DNA from: Cyanophyceae cyanobacterium | GTDB lineage: Bacteria; Cyanobacteriota; Cyanobacteriia; Cyanobacteriales; Laspinemataceae | Direction: 5' to 3' | Assembly (NCBI GenBank): GCA_038321985.1 | Contig: JBBQFN010000002.1 | Span: 256,001-320,000, forward strand | DNA length: 64,000 nt | In this document: positions 1-8,476 of the stretch, in pieces | How positions within the stretch are numbered: the first letter of the stretch is position 1 | Layout of the letters: every line of letters begins with the position of its first letter | Made by a program: the position numbers and the translations under genes | The notes under the pieces: model-generated | Databases searched by the model: none | What the model was told of the DNA's origin: nothing | Seen by the model: only the letters and a program-made list of their open reading frames with translations

Positions 1-1224
1 TCTGGGGAGATTGTCCCCTCGTCTATTAGTTCCAAAATGTTTGGCAATCGTGCCTTTGCGCCCTATGAACAGTTATTTAAGGGCGATCGCAACCCCACAG
101 TCGATATCTATACCCTGGCCGCTTCCCTATACTACCTGATTACCGGACAACTCCCCCAGGATTGTTTTTCCCGCAAAGTGGATGATGAGCCATTGATTGC
201 CCCCAAAGACTTAGTGCCCATTAGTCAGCCGATCAATGATGCGATTCTCACAGCAATGGAATTGCTCCCGAAAAAGCGCCCTGCTTCAATGGCAGCGTTT
301 TTAGGGTTATTATCCCCTGCACCGGCCCGAGTTCCTGAAAAAATCTACCACTACGAAATCATCACCCTGAATCAGCAAGGGGAAATTGCCCAACGGCAAA
401 AGGGACAGAATCGCGGCATTCTGGAAACTACCCTCGGCTTAAACCTAGAAATGGTCGTGATTCCTGCGGGAGCATTCCTCATGGGATCGCCGGAGAATGA
501 AGCGGGGCGAAGTAGTGACGAAAGCCCGCAACATCGGGTGATTTTACCCGAATTTTTGATGAGTCGCACGGCTATCACTCAAGGGCAATGGCGAATCGTT
601 GCTCAACTCCCCCAAGTGATGCGTTCCCTAAAGCCTGATCCGGCTCACTTTAAAGGCAATAACCACCCTGTAGAACAGGTGAGTTGGGAAGACTGTATCG
701 AATTCTGCCTGCGGTTAAACCAAGCTACGGGTCAGTTCTACCGCCTCCCCAGTGAAGCGGAATGGGAATATGCCTGTCGCGCTGGAACCACCACCCCCTC
801 CCACTTCGGCCCCACCCTCTCCCCCCAAGTTGCCAACTATGATGGCAATTACATCTATGGTCAGGGCAAAAAAGGGGAATATCGAGAAAAAACAATTCCC
901 GTGGGCAGTTTAAATGCGCCGAATGCGTGGGGATTGCACGATATGCATGGGAATGTGTATGAGTGGTGTTTAGATGATTGGCATGATAGTTATGAAGGTG
1001 CGCCAACCGATGGGAGAGCCTGGATAGAGAATAATAATCATTCTCAAAATAATATGGACTGGCTTAAGGATTTATTGAATAAAGAATCAACTAAAAAGCT
1101 GCTGCGTGGCGGTTCCTGGAACTACTACCCGTGGGTCTGCCGTTGTGCCTATCGCCTCAACGGCACCCACGACTACTTCGACAGCAGCAGGGGTTTTCGT
1201 GTGGTGGCCCCCAGAACTTCTTAA
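1..1224 (+). CDS. Ser/Thr kinase-like + FGE-sulfatase (CLec-fold) protein, DGR target; 5'-partial
   Basis: The frame is open from base 1. It has kinase C-lobe motifs (FAPYEQ, DIYTLAASLYYLITG), then FGE motifs (FLMGSP, PQHRV, PVEQVSW, RLPSEAEWEYACRAG, NAWGLHDMHGNVYEWC, RGGSW...GFRVV). Confidence 0.92.
   Translation, partial: SGEIVPSSISSKMFGNRAFAPYEQLFKGDRNPTVDIYTLAASLYYLITGQLPQDCFSRKVDDEPLIAPKDLVPISQPINDAILTAMELLPKKRPASMAAFLGLLSPAPARVPEKIYHYEIITLNQQGEIAQRQKGQNRGILETTLGLNLEMVVIPAGAFLMGSPENEAGRSSDESPQHRVILPEFLMSRTAITQGQWRIVAQLPQVMRSLKPDPAHFKGNNHPVEQVSWEDCIEFCLRLNQATGQFYRLPSEAEWEYACRAGTTTPSHFGPTLSPQVANYDGNYIYGQGKKGEYREKTIPVGSLNAPNAWGLHDMHGNVYEWCLDDWHDSYEGAPTDGRAWIENNNHSQNNMDWLKDLLNKESTKKLLRGGSWNYYPWVCRCAYRLNGTHDYFDSSRGFRVVAPRTS
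1099..1221 (+). repeat. DGR variable repeat (VR) at the 3' end of the target gene
   Basis: CGTGGCGGTTCCTGG-AAC-TAC-TAC..., with 12 consecutive NNC codons at 1153-1188 (cgc ctc aac ggc acc cac gac tac ttc gac agc agc), as expected for adenine-mutagenised AAC codons. An avd gene follows. Boundaries are approximate. Confidence 0.82.
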
Positions 1225-1276
1225 CCCTCTACTCTTTTTCCCTCTTTCCCTCTTTTGGCGCGGAGCGCCTTTTTTT
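1225..1276 (+). promoter_or_regulatory. Pyrimidine tract plus GC hairpin (GGCGC-GGA-GCGCC, 1257-1269) downstream of the VR; DGR target-recognition hairpin and/or terminator
   Basis: 5-bp GC stem with a 3-nt loop ~35 nt after the VR, followed by a T-run. Confidence 0.6.
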
Positions 1277-1347
1277 ATTTTTTTTAGCTAACCCTCCACC
1301 TGACTATGGTTTGATAAAGAAAGGTAACCTATTTTTTACAAACGGGA

Positions 1348-1566
1348 ATGGACGAACTGCCGATTATTCAGAAAACCTATGATTTGATCCAATGGTATAT
1401 TCCCCTTCTCAACCGATTACCCCGAGATCATAAAATGATGCTAGGAGAGCGGATTGTTATCAATCTCTATGAATTCCTAGAGAATCTGATTATAGCACGA
1501 TATTCATCTCAAAAAAGCAACTTATTGCGTGCCCTAAACCCGAAACTTTCTATCCTGCGCTATTAG
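1348..1566 (+). pseudogene. avd: Truncated DGR accessory variability determinant (Avd, four-helix bundle)
   Basis: MDELPIIQKTYDLIQWYIPLLNRLPRDHK..LGERI...LYEFLE.LI.ARY...LSILRY matches the cyanobacterial Avd N-terminal pattern. It stops at 72 aa and lacks the C-terminal helix. Confidence 0.85.
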
Positions 1567-1736
1567 AACGGTCCTTTATTGATACCTTATACACAAACCG
1601 CATCGGCTACGGTAGCCACCGCACCCTAGAAAAATTCACCACCCTTGTCCGCACTCACCGCTACATTCTCCAGTGCGATATTCGGAAAATTTTTCCCACC
1701 ATTAATCATACCCTGCTCTTCAACTCGCCAGAATAG
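1563..1736 (+). pseudogene. Internal fragment of a DGR-type reverse transcriptase
   Basis: Manual translation gives LERSFIDTLYTNRIGYGSHRTLEKFTTLVRTHRYILQCDIRKIFPTINHTLL, matching the RT motif 2-3 region (ER.FI..SYANR.G.G.H ... Y.LQCDI.KYFPSI.H). It has no start codon and no YxDD. Confidence 0.85.
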
Positions 1737-1805
1737 CTCAATGGGAATTGGGTTAGCGTGCGATCGAGGAGTTCAGTTTCATTCCGGTGATGCCTCGGCA
1801 TCCAA
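1716..1805 (+). ncRNA. Putative structured DGR RNA spacer remnant
   Basis: Stems CTCTTC(1716-21)/GAGGAG(1766-71), TAGCTCAAT-GGGA-ATTGGGTTA (1734-55; GNRA loop, G-U pairs) and GATGC-CTCG-GCATC (1789-1802). Assignment to the DGR RNA is inference. Confidence 0.45.
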
Positions 1806-1892
1806 ATATCTCGTCACCCAAAGGTGGGGGAGTAGGAACATCCGAAACCCGACTAATGGGATAATGAGGGCAAATTCTATCATAAAAAGCCT

Positions 1893-2852
1893 ATGCCGTG
1901 GGAAAAAGGAACAACACTAAAGAATGGAGCCTATACGATTGAGAATGTGTTAGGGCAAGGGCGATTTGCCATCACCTATCTAGCCCGCGATCGCATGGGG
2001 GAACGGGTGGCGATTAAAACCCTCAATCCTGATTCCTCGGTTTTGGGGCAAATGAGCGCGGCGGATCGCCAAGCCTTCAGTAGTAAATTTTATGATGAAG
2101 CGGTCAAACTGGCAAAATGTAGACATCCCCATATCGTACCCGTGCGGGAGGTGTTTGAGGAGTCAATGCGCGCTTGGTTGAGCCAAGTCCGGTATGCTTG
2201 TATTGTGATGGACTATCTCGACGGATTGGATCTCGATCATCGGCGATCGCCTCGTCTCCCAATCGCTGAGGTATTACGCTATGGACGACAAATTGGCTCG
2301 GCTTTGATTGCCGTCCATGCACAAAAGATACTCCATCGGAATGTGAAACCGGGGAATATTATCATACGAACAGATCGGGGTAAAAGTGAGGCAGTTCTGA
2401 TTGCTTTTGGTTTAGCGCGTGCTTTTGATCATCCCCTCACCCAACAAATTACGAGTAGTGGGTTTGCTCCCATTGAGCTATACTCAAATAAATTTGAGTG
2501 CGGCCCTTGGACCGATGTTTACGGGTTAGCCGCCACACTCTACACATTACTCACCGGAAAACCCCCAGAGGATGCCCTAGCCCGCCATGATAAAGATGTA
2601 ACGCTGGACTTAACTCCCCCGCGATGTTATGTTACCCAGATTAACAAGCGAATGAATCAGGCGATCGTCCAAGGTTTAGCCGTGATGCCTGGCGATCGAA
2701 CCCCATCAATTCCTCAGTTTTTACGACAATTGGGAGTTGGACAGTGGTATGTTCCCTTTCCGAATTGGGATGTCAATGTTTGGATACAGGTGGGCATTAT
2801 GGTAGGAACTCTTCTCGGGGCAACTGCGACGATCATAGCCTTGTTGAAATAG
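1893..2852 (+). CDS. Ser/Thr protein kinase-like protein (probable pseudokinase) with C-terminal TM helix
   Basis: LGQGRFAITY, VAIK, HRNVKPGN, LIAFGLAR, GFAPIE, DVYGLAATLY; hydrophobic C-terminus. Confidence 0.9.
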   Translation: MPWEKGTTLKNGAYTIENVLGQGRFAITYLARDRMGERVAIKTLNPDSSVLGQMSAADRQAFSSKFYDEAVKLAKCRHPHIVPVREVFEESMRAWLSQVRYACIVMDYLDGLDLDHRRSPRLPIAEVLRYGRQIGSALIAVHAQKILHRNVKPGNIIIRTDRGKSEAVLIAFGLARAFDHPLTQQITSSGFAPIELYSNKFECGPWTDVYGLAATLYTLLTGKPPEDALARHDKDVTLDLTPPRCYVTQINKRMNQAIVQGLAVMPGDRTPSIPQFLRQLGVGQWYVPFPNWDVNVWIQVGIMVGTLLGATATIIALLK

Positions 2853-2959
2853 GGCTTTTGCAGAAGTCTTCTCTCCCAAAAAGAGGGGGAATTCAGTTCA
2901 TCGGATTTGATTCGGAACTTGTTATAATACATAAATCCTGATTAACAGTTACCAGGACT

Positions 2960-3616
2960 ATGGTTCAAACTCCTATCTCCTCTGATATTCTCTACCCAGA
3001 CTCTGATGGTAAGCCGATGGCGGAAAATACCCTACAGTATCGCTGGATTGTGCGGTTAGTCACTAATCTCAAGCAACTCCTTAAGTCACAAGTTGCCTTT
3101 GTTGCGGGGGATTTGCTCTGGTATCCGGTTCGGGTAGAACGTCCTCCCGCACCCTGTCAAGCGCCGGATGCGATGGTGGCGTTGGGTCGTCCGGATGGCG
3201 ATCGCGGTAGTTATAAACAGTGGGAAGAAGGCAACATTGCCCCCCAGGTGGTGTTTGAAATTCTCTCACCCAGTAACACTGTCAGCGAAATGGCTGCTAA
3301 ACAGCAGTTTTATGAACGGTATGGTGTCCTGGAAATGTTTTTTTATGACCCCGAATCCCATGACTTTTGGGGTTTTCATCGGGCGACGGCGCAAGATAGT
3401 TTGATGCTAATTACCCCGCTACATTTGCCCTGGATTTCTCCTTTGCTGAATATTCGTTTTGAAATGTTCGCCGATGGTTTAGCGGTGTATCATCCCGATG
3501 GGGAATTGTTCAAGGAACCGGGGGATTTGTTTGATGAACGGAATCAGGCACAACAAGAACGCGATCGCGCCTTTGCTAAACTTCGAGAACTGGGGATTGA
3601 TCCAGAAACTCTTTAA
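2960..3616 (+). CDS. Uma2 family (DUF820) endonuclease-like protein
   Basis: YPDSDGKPMAENT, APDAMV, RGSYKQWEE, PQVVFEILSPSN. Confidence 0.9.
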   Translation: MVQTPISSDILYPDSDGKPMAENTLQYRWIVRLVTNLKQLLKSQVAFVAGDLLWYPVRVERPPAPCQAPDAMVALGRPDGDRGSYKQWEEGNIAPQVVFEILSPSNTVSEMAAKQQFYERYGVLEMFFYDPESHDFWGFHRATAQDSLMLITPLHLPWISPLLNIRFEMFADGLAVYHPDGELFKEPGDLFDERNQAQQERDRAFAKLRELGIDPETL

Positions 3617-3796
3617 AAATTGATATCACTGGTCTAATGAGCAACAACAAATGACAAATGTCAGAGGAGAACTGCCCCCTCCTTTACACCTTGACAGGGC
3701 TACCTCTTTACACCTCTATCAACTCTCACTCTAGTTTATGCTAAGTGCGTTCAGTCTGCTGCAATAACGGTGGACGGAATTGTTGGATTGGGCAAA

Positions 3797-3857
3797 AAAC
3801 CGGGTTTGTTGCCTAAATCTCTGTCAGACAAACGAGATTTAGGCACAAACCCGGTTT
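3797..3857. repeat. Long palindromic element with AAACCGGGTTT termini
   Basis: AAACCGGGTTTGT-TGCCTAAATCTC...GAGATTTAGGCA-CAAACCCGGTTT between convergent genes. Confidence 0.8.
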
Positions 3858-3873
3858 GTTAAAGACCTTACTC

Positions 3874-5331
3874 TTACTCGGGTTGACCTGTTTTGCTCAA
3901 GGTTTCTGCGGAAACTTCTGTCCATTCGGTATGGAAGAATTCACCCCGGGGTTTATCGGTACGCTCATAAGTATGAGCGCCAAAATAATCCCGTTGGGCT
4001 TGTGTGAGATTTTGTGGCAGGCGATCGCGACGGTAACTGTCGAAATAATCCAGGGATGCACTAAATGCCGGAACTGGAATTCCCATTTTATTCGACAGGG
4101 CGATTACATCCCGCCATGCTTCCTGGCGGTCCAAAATCGTCTGTTTGAATTCCGGTGCCAGCAGCAAATTCGGTAATTCTGGATTTTCATCAAAGGCTTG
4201 CTTAATTTTATCTAAGAAAGCCGCCCGAATAATACAGCCGCCTTTCCAAATCCGGGCGACTTCGCCCAGATTTAAGTTATATCCAAACTGTTTGGATGCT
4301 TTACTCAATAAATCCATCCCTTGAGCGTAGGAGCAAATTTTAGAGCAGTATAAGGCATCGCGAACCTTATTAATAAATTCCTGGGTATCTCCCTCGAACT
4401 TGAGGGTAGGTCCGGTTAATTGCTCAGAAGCGGCAACCCGTTCCTCTTTGAGGGAAGACATAATCCGGGCATTCACCGCAGCGGCGATCGTGGGAATAGC
4501 AACCCCCAATTCCAATGCATCAGCAGCAGTCCAGCGTCCGGTGCCTTTTTGTCCGGCAGAATCCATAATCATTTCCACTAAAGGACCGTTGGTTTGCGGG
4601 TCGAGGTAGCGGAAAATATCAGCGGTAATTTCAATCAAAAACGAGTCTAGTTCTGGGGTGGTATTCCACTCAGCAAATACTTTGTGTAACTGGCGATGGT
4701 CGAGTCCGAGAATGCTCTTAAGCAGGTCGTATGCTTCGGCAATAAGCTGCATATCTCCATACTCGATGCCATTGTGCACCATTTTCACATAGTGACCGGA
4801 ACCGCCAGCCCCGATATAGGTGACGCAGGGACCATCATCGACTTGGGCAGCGATCGCAGTCAGGATCGGTTCTAAATCTCGGTAGGCTTGTTCCGTACCA
4901 CCGGGCATCAAACTTGGCCCCTTGAGCGCCCCTTCTTCTCCACCGCTGACTCCCATGCCGACAAATCCGAGTCCGGTAGACTCCAAGTCTTTAGTGCGGC
5001 GTTCTGTGTCTTGATAGAGGGAATTTCCCCCATCAATAATCATGTCGCCCTCTTCCAATAAGGGCTTGAGTTGAGTGATGACCGCATCCACGGGACCCCC
5101 CGCTTTCACCATGAGCAGGATGCGACGGGGGCGTTCTAGGGATGCCACAAAGTCTTCTAGGCTGTAGGTGGCTTTGACTTGTTTCGTGCCTCCCCTTGCG
5201 GCCATGAATTTATCGGTGACGCTGCCAGTACGATTGTAAACAGCGACGGGAAACCCCCGGCTTTCCACGTTCAGGGCCAGGTTTTCTCCCATGACACCTA
5301 GACCAATCACACCAAATTTCTGCTTACTCAT
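3874..5331 (-). CDS. gnd: 6-phosphogluconate dehydrogenase, decarboxylating
   Basis: GVIGLGVMG, IDGGN, GVSGGEEGA, KMVHNGIEYGDMQ, WKGGCIIRA, QAQRDYFGAHTY. Confidence 0.98.
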   Translation of the reverse strand: MSKQKFGVIGLGVMGENLALNVESRGFPVAVYNRTGSVTDKFMAARGGTKQVKATYSLEDFVASLERPRRILLMVKAGGPVDAVITQLKPLLEEGDMIIDGGNSLYQDTERRTKDLESTGLGFVGMGVSGGEEGALKGPSLMPGGTEQAYRDLEPILTAIAAQVDDGPCVTYIGAGGSGHYVKMVHNGIEYGDMQLIAEAYDLLKSILGLDHRQLHKVFAEWNTTPELDSFLIEITADIFRYLDPQTNGPLVEMIMDSAGQKGTGRWTAADALELGVAIPTIAAAVNARIMSSLKEERVAASEQLTGPTLKFEGDTQEFINKVRDALYCSKICSYAQGMDLLSKASKQFGYNLNLGEVARIWKGGCIIRAAFLDKIKQAFDENPELPNLLLAPEFKQTILDRQEAWRDVIALSNKMGIPVPAFSASLDYFDSYRRDRLPQNLTQAQRDYFGAHTYERTDKPRGEFFHTEWTEVSAETLSKTGQPE

Positions 5332-5798
5332 AAAGTTTTGGGTCTTCTTGTGTTTCTGACTTTTACCTTTTCAGGGTAGCCCGATCTGAGTAATTGTTCA
5401 GGTCACCCCAAGGGAAAAGTTTATCTCCACTTCCCCTCCGGAACTAGGGAATTACTGGCCCTCAAATGTTGGCAAACACTTTACTACAGGGGCTGTGCTG
5501 TTTCTCTGTCAACTTGAAACCGAAGGACTCTGTGTTGACCGATTCTTGACAAATGAATCCAATTAGGAGGGTTAAGTCTAAGCAAATCCTTAAGATTCTG
5601 GGAGGATTCCGGTCACCTTCCCTGCGATCGCCTAGGCTAACCGTCCGCTAAACCCCACGAGATCCCGACTCATCTTCCAAATGCAGCATGATCGTCTTTG
5701 GGGAAGATCCGATTGGACTCTGTGGAACGGTAGAATGACCATTGTAGAGACGAACGGGTGAGTCGTCCTTGTAGTAGACAGCAGAGGGAACCGGCATT

Positions 5799-7565
5799 AT
5801 GCTTCCATACATTCTGGCCTTAGCCGTCGCGGTGGGTAGCTTCGCGATTTATATGGCCGCTTTCTTTTTTCCAGAAGTCCATCGCAAAGGCGATTTAGTT
5901 TGGAGTGGCGTTGGACTGTTTTATGCCTTGGTCTTATGGTTCTGTGCAGGACAAATTTCAGGTGCAGTCCTGCTTGGACAAATGGCGAGTGTGGCGTTAT
6001 TGGCATGGTTTGGTTGGCAAGCGTTGATCTTGCGCCGACAAACCACGCCAGTCATAGAACAAACTCCTGTGTCTGGGGAACAACTTGATCGCCTCACCGG
6101 AGGCTTAACAGGTATCTTTAAACCCAAATCAGTACCAAAGGCTCAAACTGTACCCCAACCCCAGCCTCAGATAACGGTGAAGGCAGAAAAGCCCACAGTT
6201 GCCCCCACTCCAGGGGCAACTATTCCCGAGGTCCCTCCAGTACGGGTAACCCCGGAACCCTTGCCTACGGTAAAACCCGCCGCTAAGGTAACCACTCCAA
6301 AACCACAGGCCCCTCGATTTGCCGATCGCTTTTCCCTATTCTTTAAAGGCAAAGACAAAGATAAATCTAAAGCCAAACTCGGGACAAAAACTCAGCCCCA
6401 ACCCCCTGCTGAGGTGGCCTCGGTTGCTGTTCCAGAACTTACTCTGGTCCAACCTCCCGTCCCCGTGGAAGCCCCACCGGCTGAACCGACTCTGATTCAA
6501 CCCCCCGTTCCTGTGGAAGCCCCACCGGCTGAACCGACTCTGATTCAACCGGAACCCAACGTAATCCCTGTGGAACTCCCTGCTGAATTGCCGACTGAGG
6601 CATCGGATCAGAGCCTAGAAATGCCAGCGGCAGCGGCTCTCGAAGGCGCTACGATGGAATCTGAGGTATTCGGGGATGAGGACTTTGGCTTTGAAGATGA
6701 TGATTTACAGGGTCCAGGGATAACCAAAGCCGATGCTAAAGCTGTAGCCAACTCCATCCCCGTTACCACTCCCCCACTCGATCAACCGGCAAAGCTAACC
6801 CCGAACAAAGCCGGGGCAAAATTGGCAACTCCGGGAGGCAAACAACCGCAGGGTCCGAGTTTGTTGAACCAAATTCAAGAGGGAATTCGAGGATTGCTGA
6901 ACTTCGGCAAGTCGCCTAAAGTGAAGCCTTTATCCCCGAGTCCAAAGCCGCTGGAGACGACGACTCAAGTTGAACCCAAATTGGCGATCGCAGAGGACTT
7001 AAAAGAGATAGCCGACACCAAACCTCCGCAAGAAACGGCGACTGTTGTAGTTAAGACTGCCGACGTGATTGTGGAGGTCACTGTGGAGCAAGGAGAACCC
7101 GTTGAGGTGATTACTTTCCCCACTCTGCCGGAACGCCAACAGGTAGAAGCCTTGAGAACGACAGAACTGGAAGCAACCGCACCTAATCCACTGCAAGTCC
7201 AACCGCCAGAAGTGATTCAGGACGTGGGAGGGGAAATTTTCCCAGAGGGTAGGCTGACTGCTAAACCTGTTGAGGAATATGCTTTAGAAGTCGAACTTGC
7301 ACCGGCTGCGGAAGTAGTCATTCCCCTAGAGGACATGATCATAGAGGTGATAGAGGTTTCTGAAACTGTGGCAGAAGTGGAGCAGGCGCAGCCGGAGGAG
7401 TTGGAGTCATCTGTGACAACAAGCGATCGCCTCTTACAGCGCCCGCAACGCCCAGATCCGGCAGTAGCAGAGGCACCCCCACAATCGGAGGAAGCCCAAT
7501 CTCAAGTCACCCCACCGACTGAAGCGGAACCCCCCTCGGAGAACAAAGCCAATCCTTTCTTCTAA
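5799..7565 (+). CDS. ycf66: Ycf66 family membrane protein with long Pro/Glu-rich tail
   Basis: The N-terminus LALAVAVGSFAIYMAAFFFPEVHRKGDLVWSGVGLFYALVLW is typical of the Ycf66 N-terminal domain; the remainder is low complexity. Confidence 0.8.
   Translation: MLPYILALAVAVGSFAIYMAAFFFPEVHRKGDLVWSGVGLFYALVLWFCAGQISGAVLLGQMASVALLAWFGWQALILRRQTTPVIEQTPVSGEQLDRLTGGLTGIFKPKSVPKAQTVPQPQPQITVKAEKPTVAPTPGATIPEVPPVRVTPEPLPTVKPAAKVTTPKPQAPRFADRFSLFFKGKDKDKSKAKLGTKTQPQPPAEVASVAVPELTLVQPPVPVEAPPAEPTLIQPPVPVEAPPAEPTLIQPEPNVIPVELPAELPTEASDQSLEMPAAAALEGATMESEVFGDEDFGFEDDDLQGPGITKADAKAVANSIPVTTPPLDQPAKLTPNKAGAKLATPGGKQPQGPSLLNQIQEGIRGLLNFGKSPKVKPLSPSPKPLETTTQVEPKLAIAEDLKEIADTKPPQETATVVVKTADVIVEVTVEQGEPVEVITFPTLPERQQVEALRTTELEATAPNPLQVQPPEVIQDVGGEIFPEGRLTAKPVEEYALEVELAPAAEVVIPLEDMIIEVIEVSETVAEVEQAQPEELESSVTTSDRLLQRPQRPDPAVAEAPPQSEEAQSQVTPPTEAEPPSENKANPFF
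6441..6550 (+). repeat. 48-bp intragenic tandem repeat (~2.3 copies; TLIQPPVPVEAPPAEP)
   Basis: Visible directly in both DNA and protein. Confidence 0.9.
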
Positions 7566-7661
7566 GTTAGTAGTAACGACTTTAGTCGTTCTTATCTAAG
7601 TTAGTAGTAACGACTTTAGTCGTTCTCTTGTCTTTGTTTGTAGTAACAACTTTAGTCGTTC
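7561..7661 (+). repeat. Three GTAG-hairpin (REP-like) units GTAGTAACGACTTTAGTCGTT; the first two lie within a 34-bp tandem duplication
   Basis: Copies at 7570, 7604 and 7640; stem AACGAC/GTCGTT. Confidence 0.85.
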
Positions 7662-7777
7662 CGGGGAGTAAAAAAACCCCCTCCCTCCACCCCGGAGCTT
7701 TTATCGCCACCCTAAATGAATTGACCTCTTGCGATCATCGAATGAAAGCAAGAGGTTTAAGAGGGAAATGATAGGGA

Positions 7778-8476
7778 TTATTCGTGAATCCGACCATCTG
7801 GCATGATTGCTCCGGTTAATTTTGTGCCAATTAGTTTTACAAAAATGCGTTCTTTTGTCCCGATTTTAGCCCCGCGTAAGTCAGCGCCCGTTAAATCGGC
7901 TCCACTCAAATCAGCTCCAATTAAATTAACATTTTGCAAGTTGGCATAGGTGAGATTCGCTTGCAATAAATTGGCTCGGAATAAATTTGCTCCTTGTAAA
8001 TTTGCGCCCGATAAATTAATTTTGTGTAAAAAGCCATCACTGAGGTCAGCTTGACTGAGGTTAGCATGGCTTAAATTTCTGCCCGATAAATCCTTTTCGC
8101 GTAGATTGGCACCGCGTAAATCCGTTCCGGTTAAGTCAGGATCCGGAGGTTTGGGCGATCGCCTCTGAGAGTAAGGATTAGCAGGTTCGCGATCGCTCCT
8201 TGGGGGAGAGTTGGCATAACCGGCGGTGGATTTGCTGTTAGGGTATGCTCCAGAGGACCGATCTCTGGACTTTGCGGGACTTTCTCGCAGGCGATCGCGG
8301 GCTTCATTAATTAGTTTTAATTTTTCTTGGGCTTTGGAAACCAGACGGGCATTATCCTTGGGAATGCGATCAGGATGCCAAATAAACGCCAAATCTTTAT
8401 ACGCCTGGTTCACTTCATCTAGTGAGGCTCCAGGCTCTAACCCCAGTTCTCGGTAGTATTTATCCAGCTCGTTCAT
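7778..8476 (-). CDS. DnaJ-domain + pentapeptide-repeat protein
   Basis: J-domain with WHPD; C-terminal A(N/D)LxG repeats. Confidence 0.92.
   Translation of the reverse strand: MNELDKYYRELGLEPGASLDEVNQAYKDLAFIWHPDRIPKDNARLVSKAQEKLKLINEARDRLRESPAKSRDRSSGAYPNSKSTAGYANSPPRSDREPANPYSQRRSPKPPDPDLTGTDLRGANLREKDLSGRNLSHANLSQADLSDGFLHKINLSGANLQGANLFRANLLQANLTYANLQNVNLIGADLSGADLTGADLRGAKIGTKERIFVKLIGTKLTGAIMPDGRIHE

Noticed and set aside
1645..1920. 91-aa ORF from the track
   Set aside because: No recognisable motifs; the RT similarity is in a different frame.
7561..7661. Possible mini CRISPR array
   Set aside because: The repeats are only ~21 bp with 13-15-nt gaps, one being part of an exact duplication; no cas genes. 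Fits REP-like repeats.
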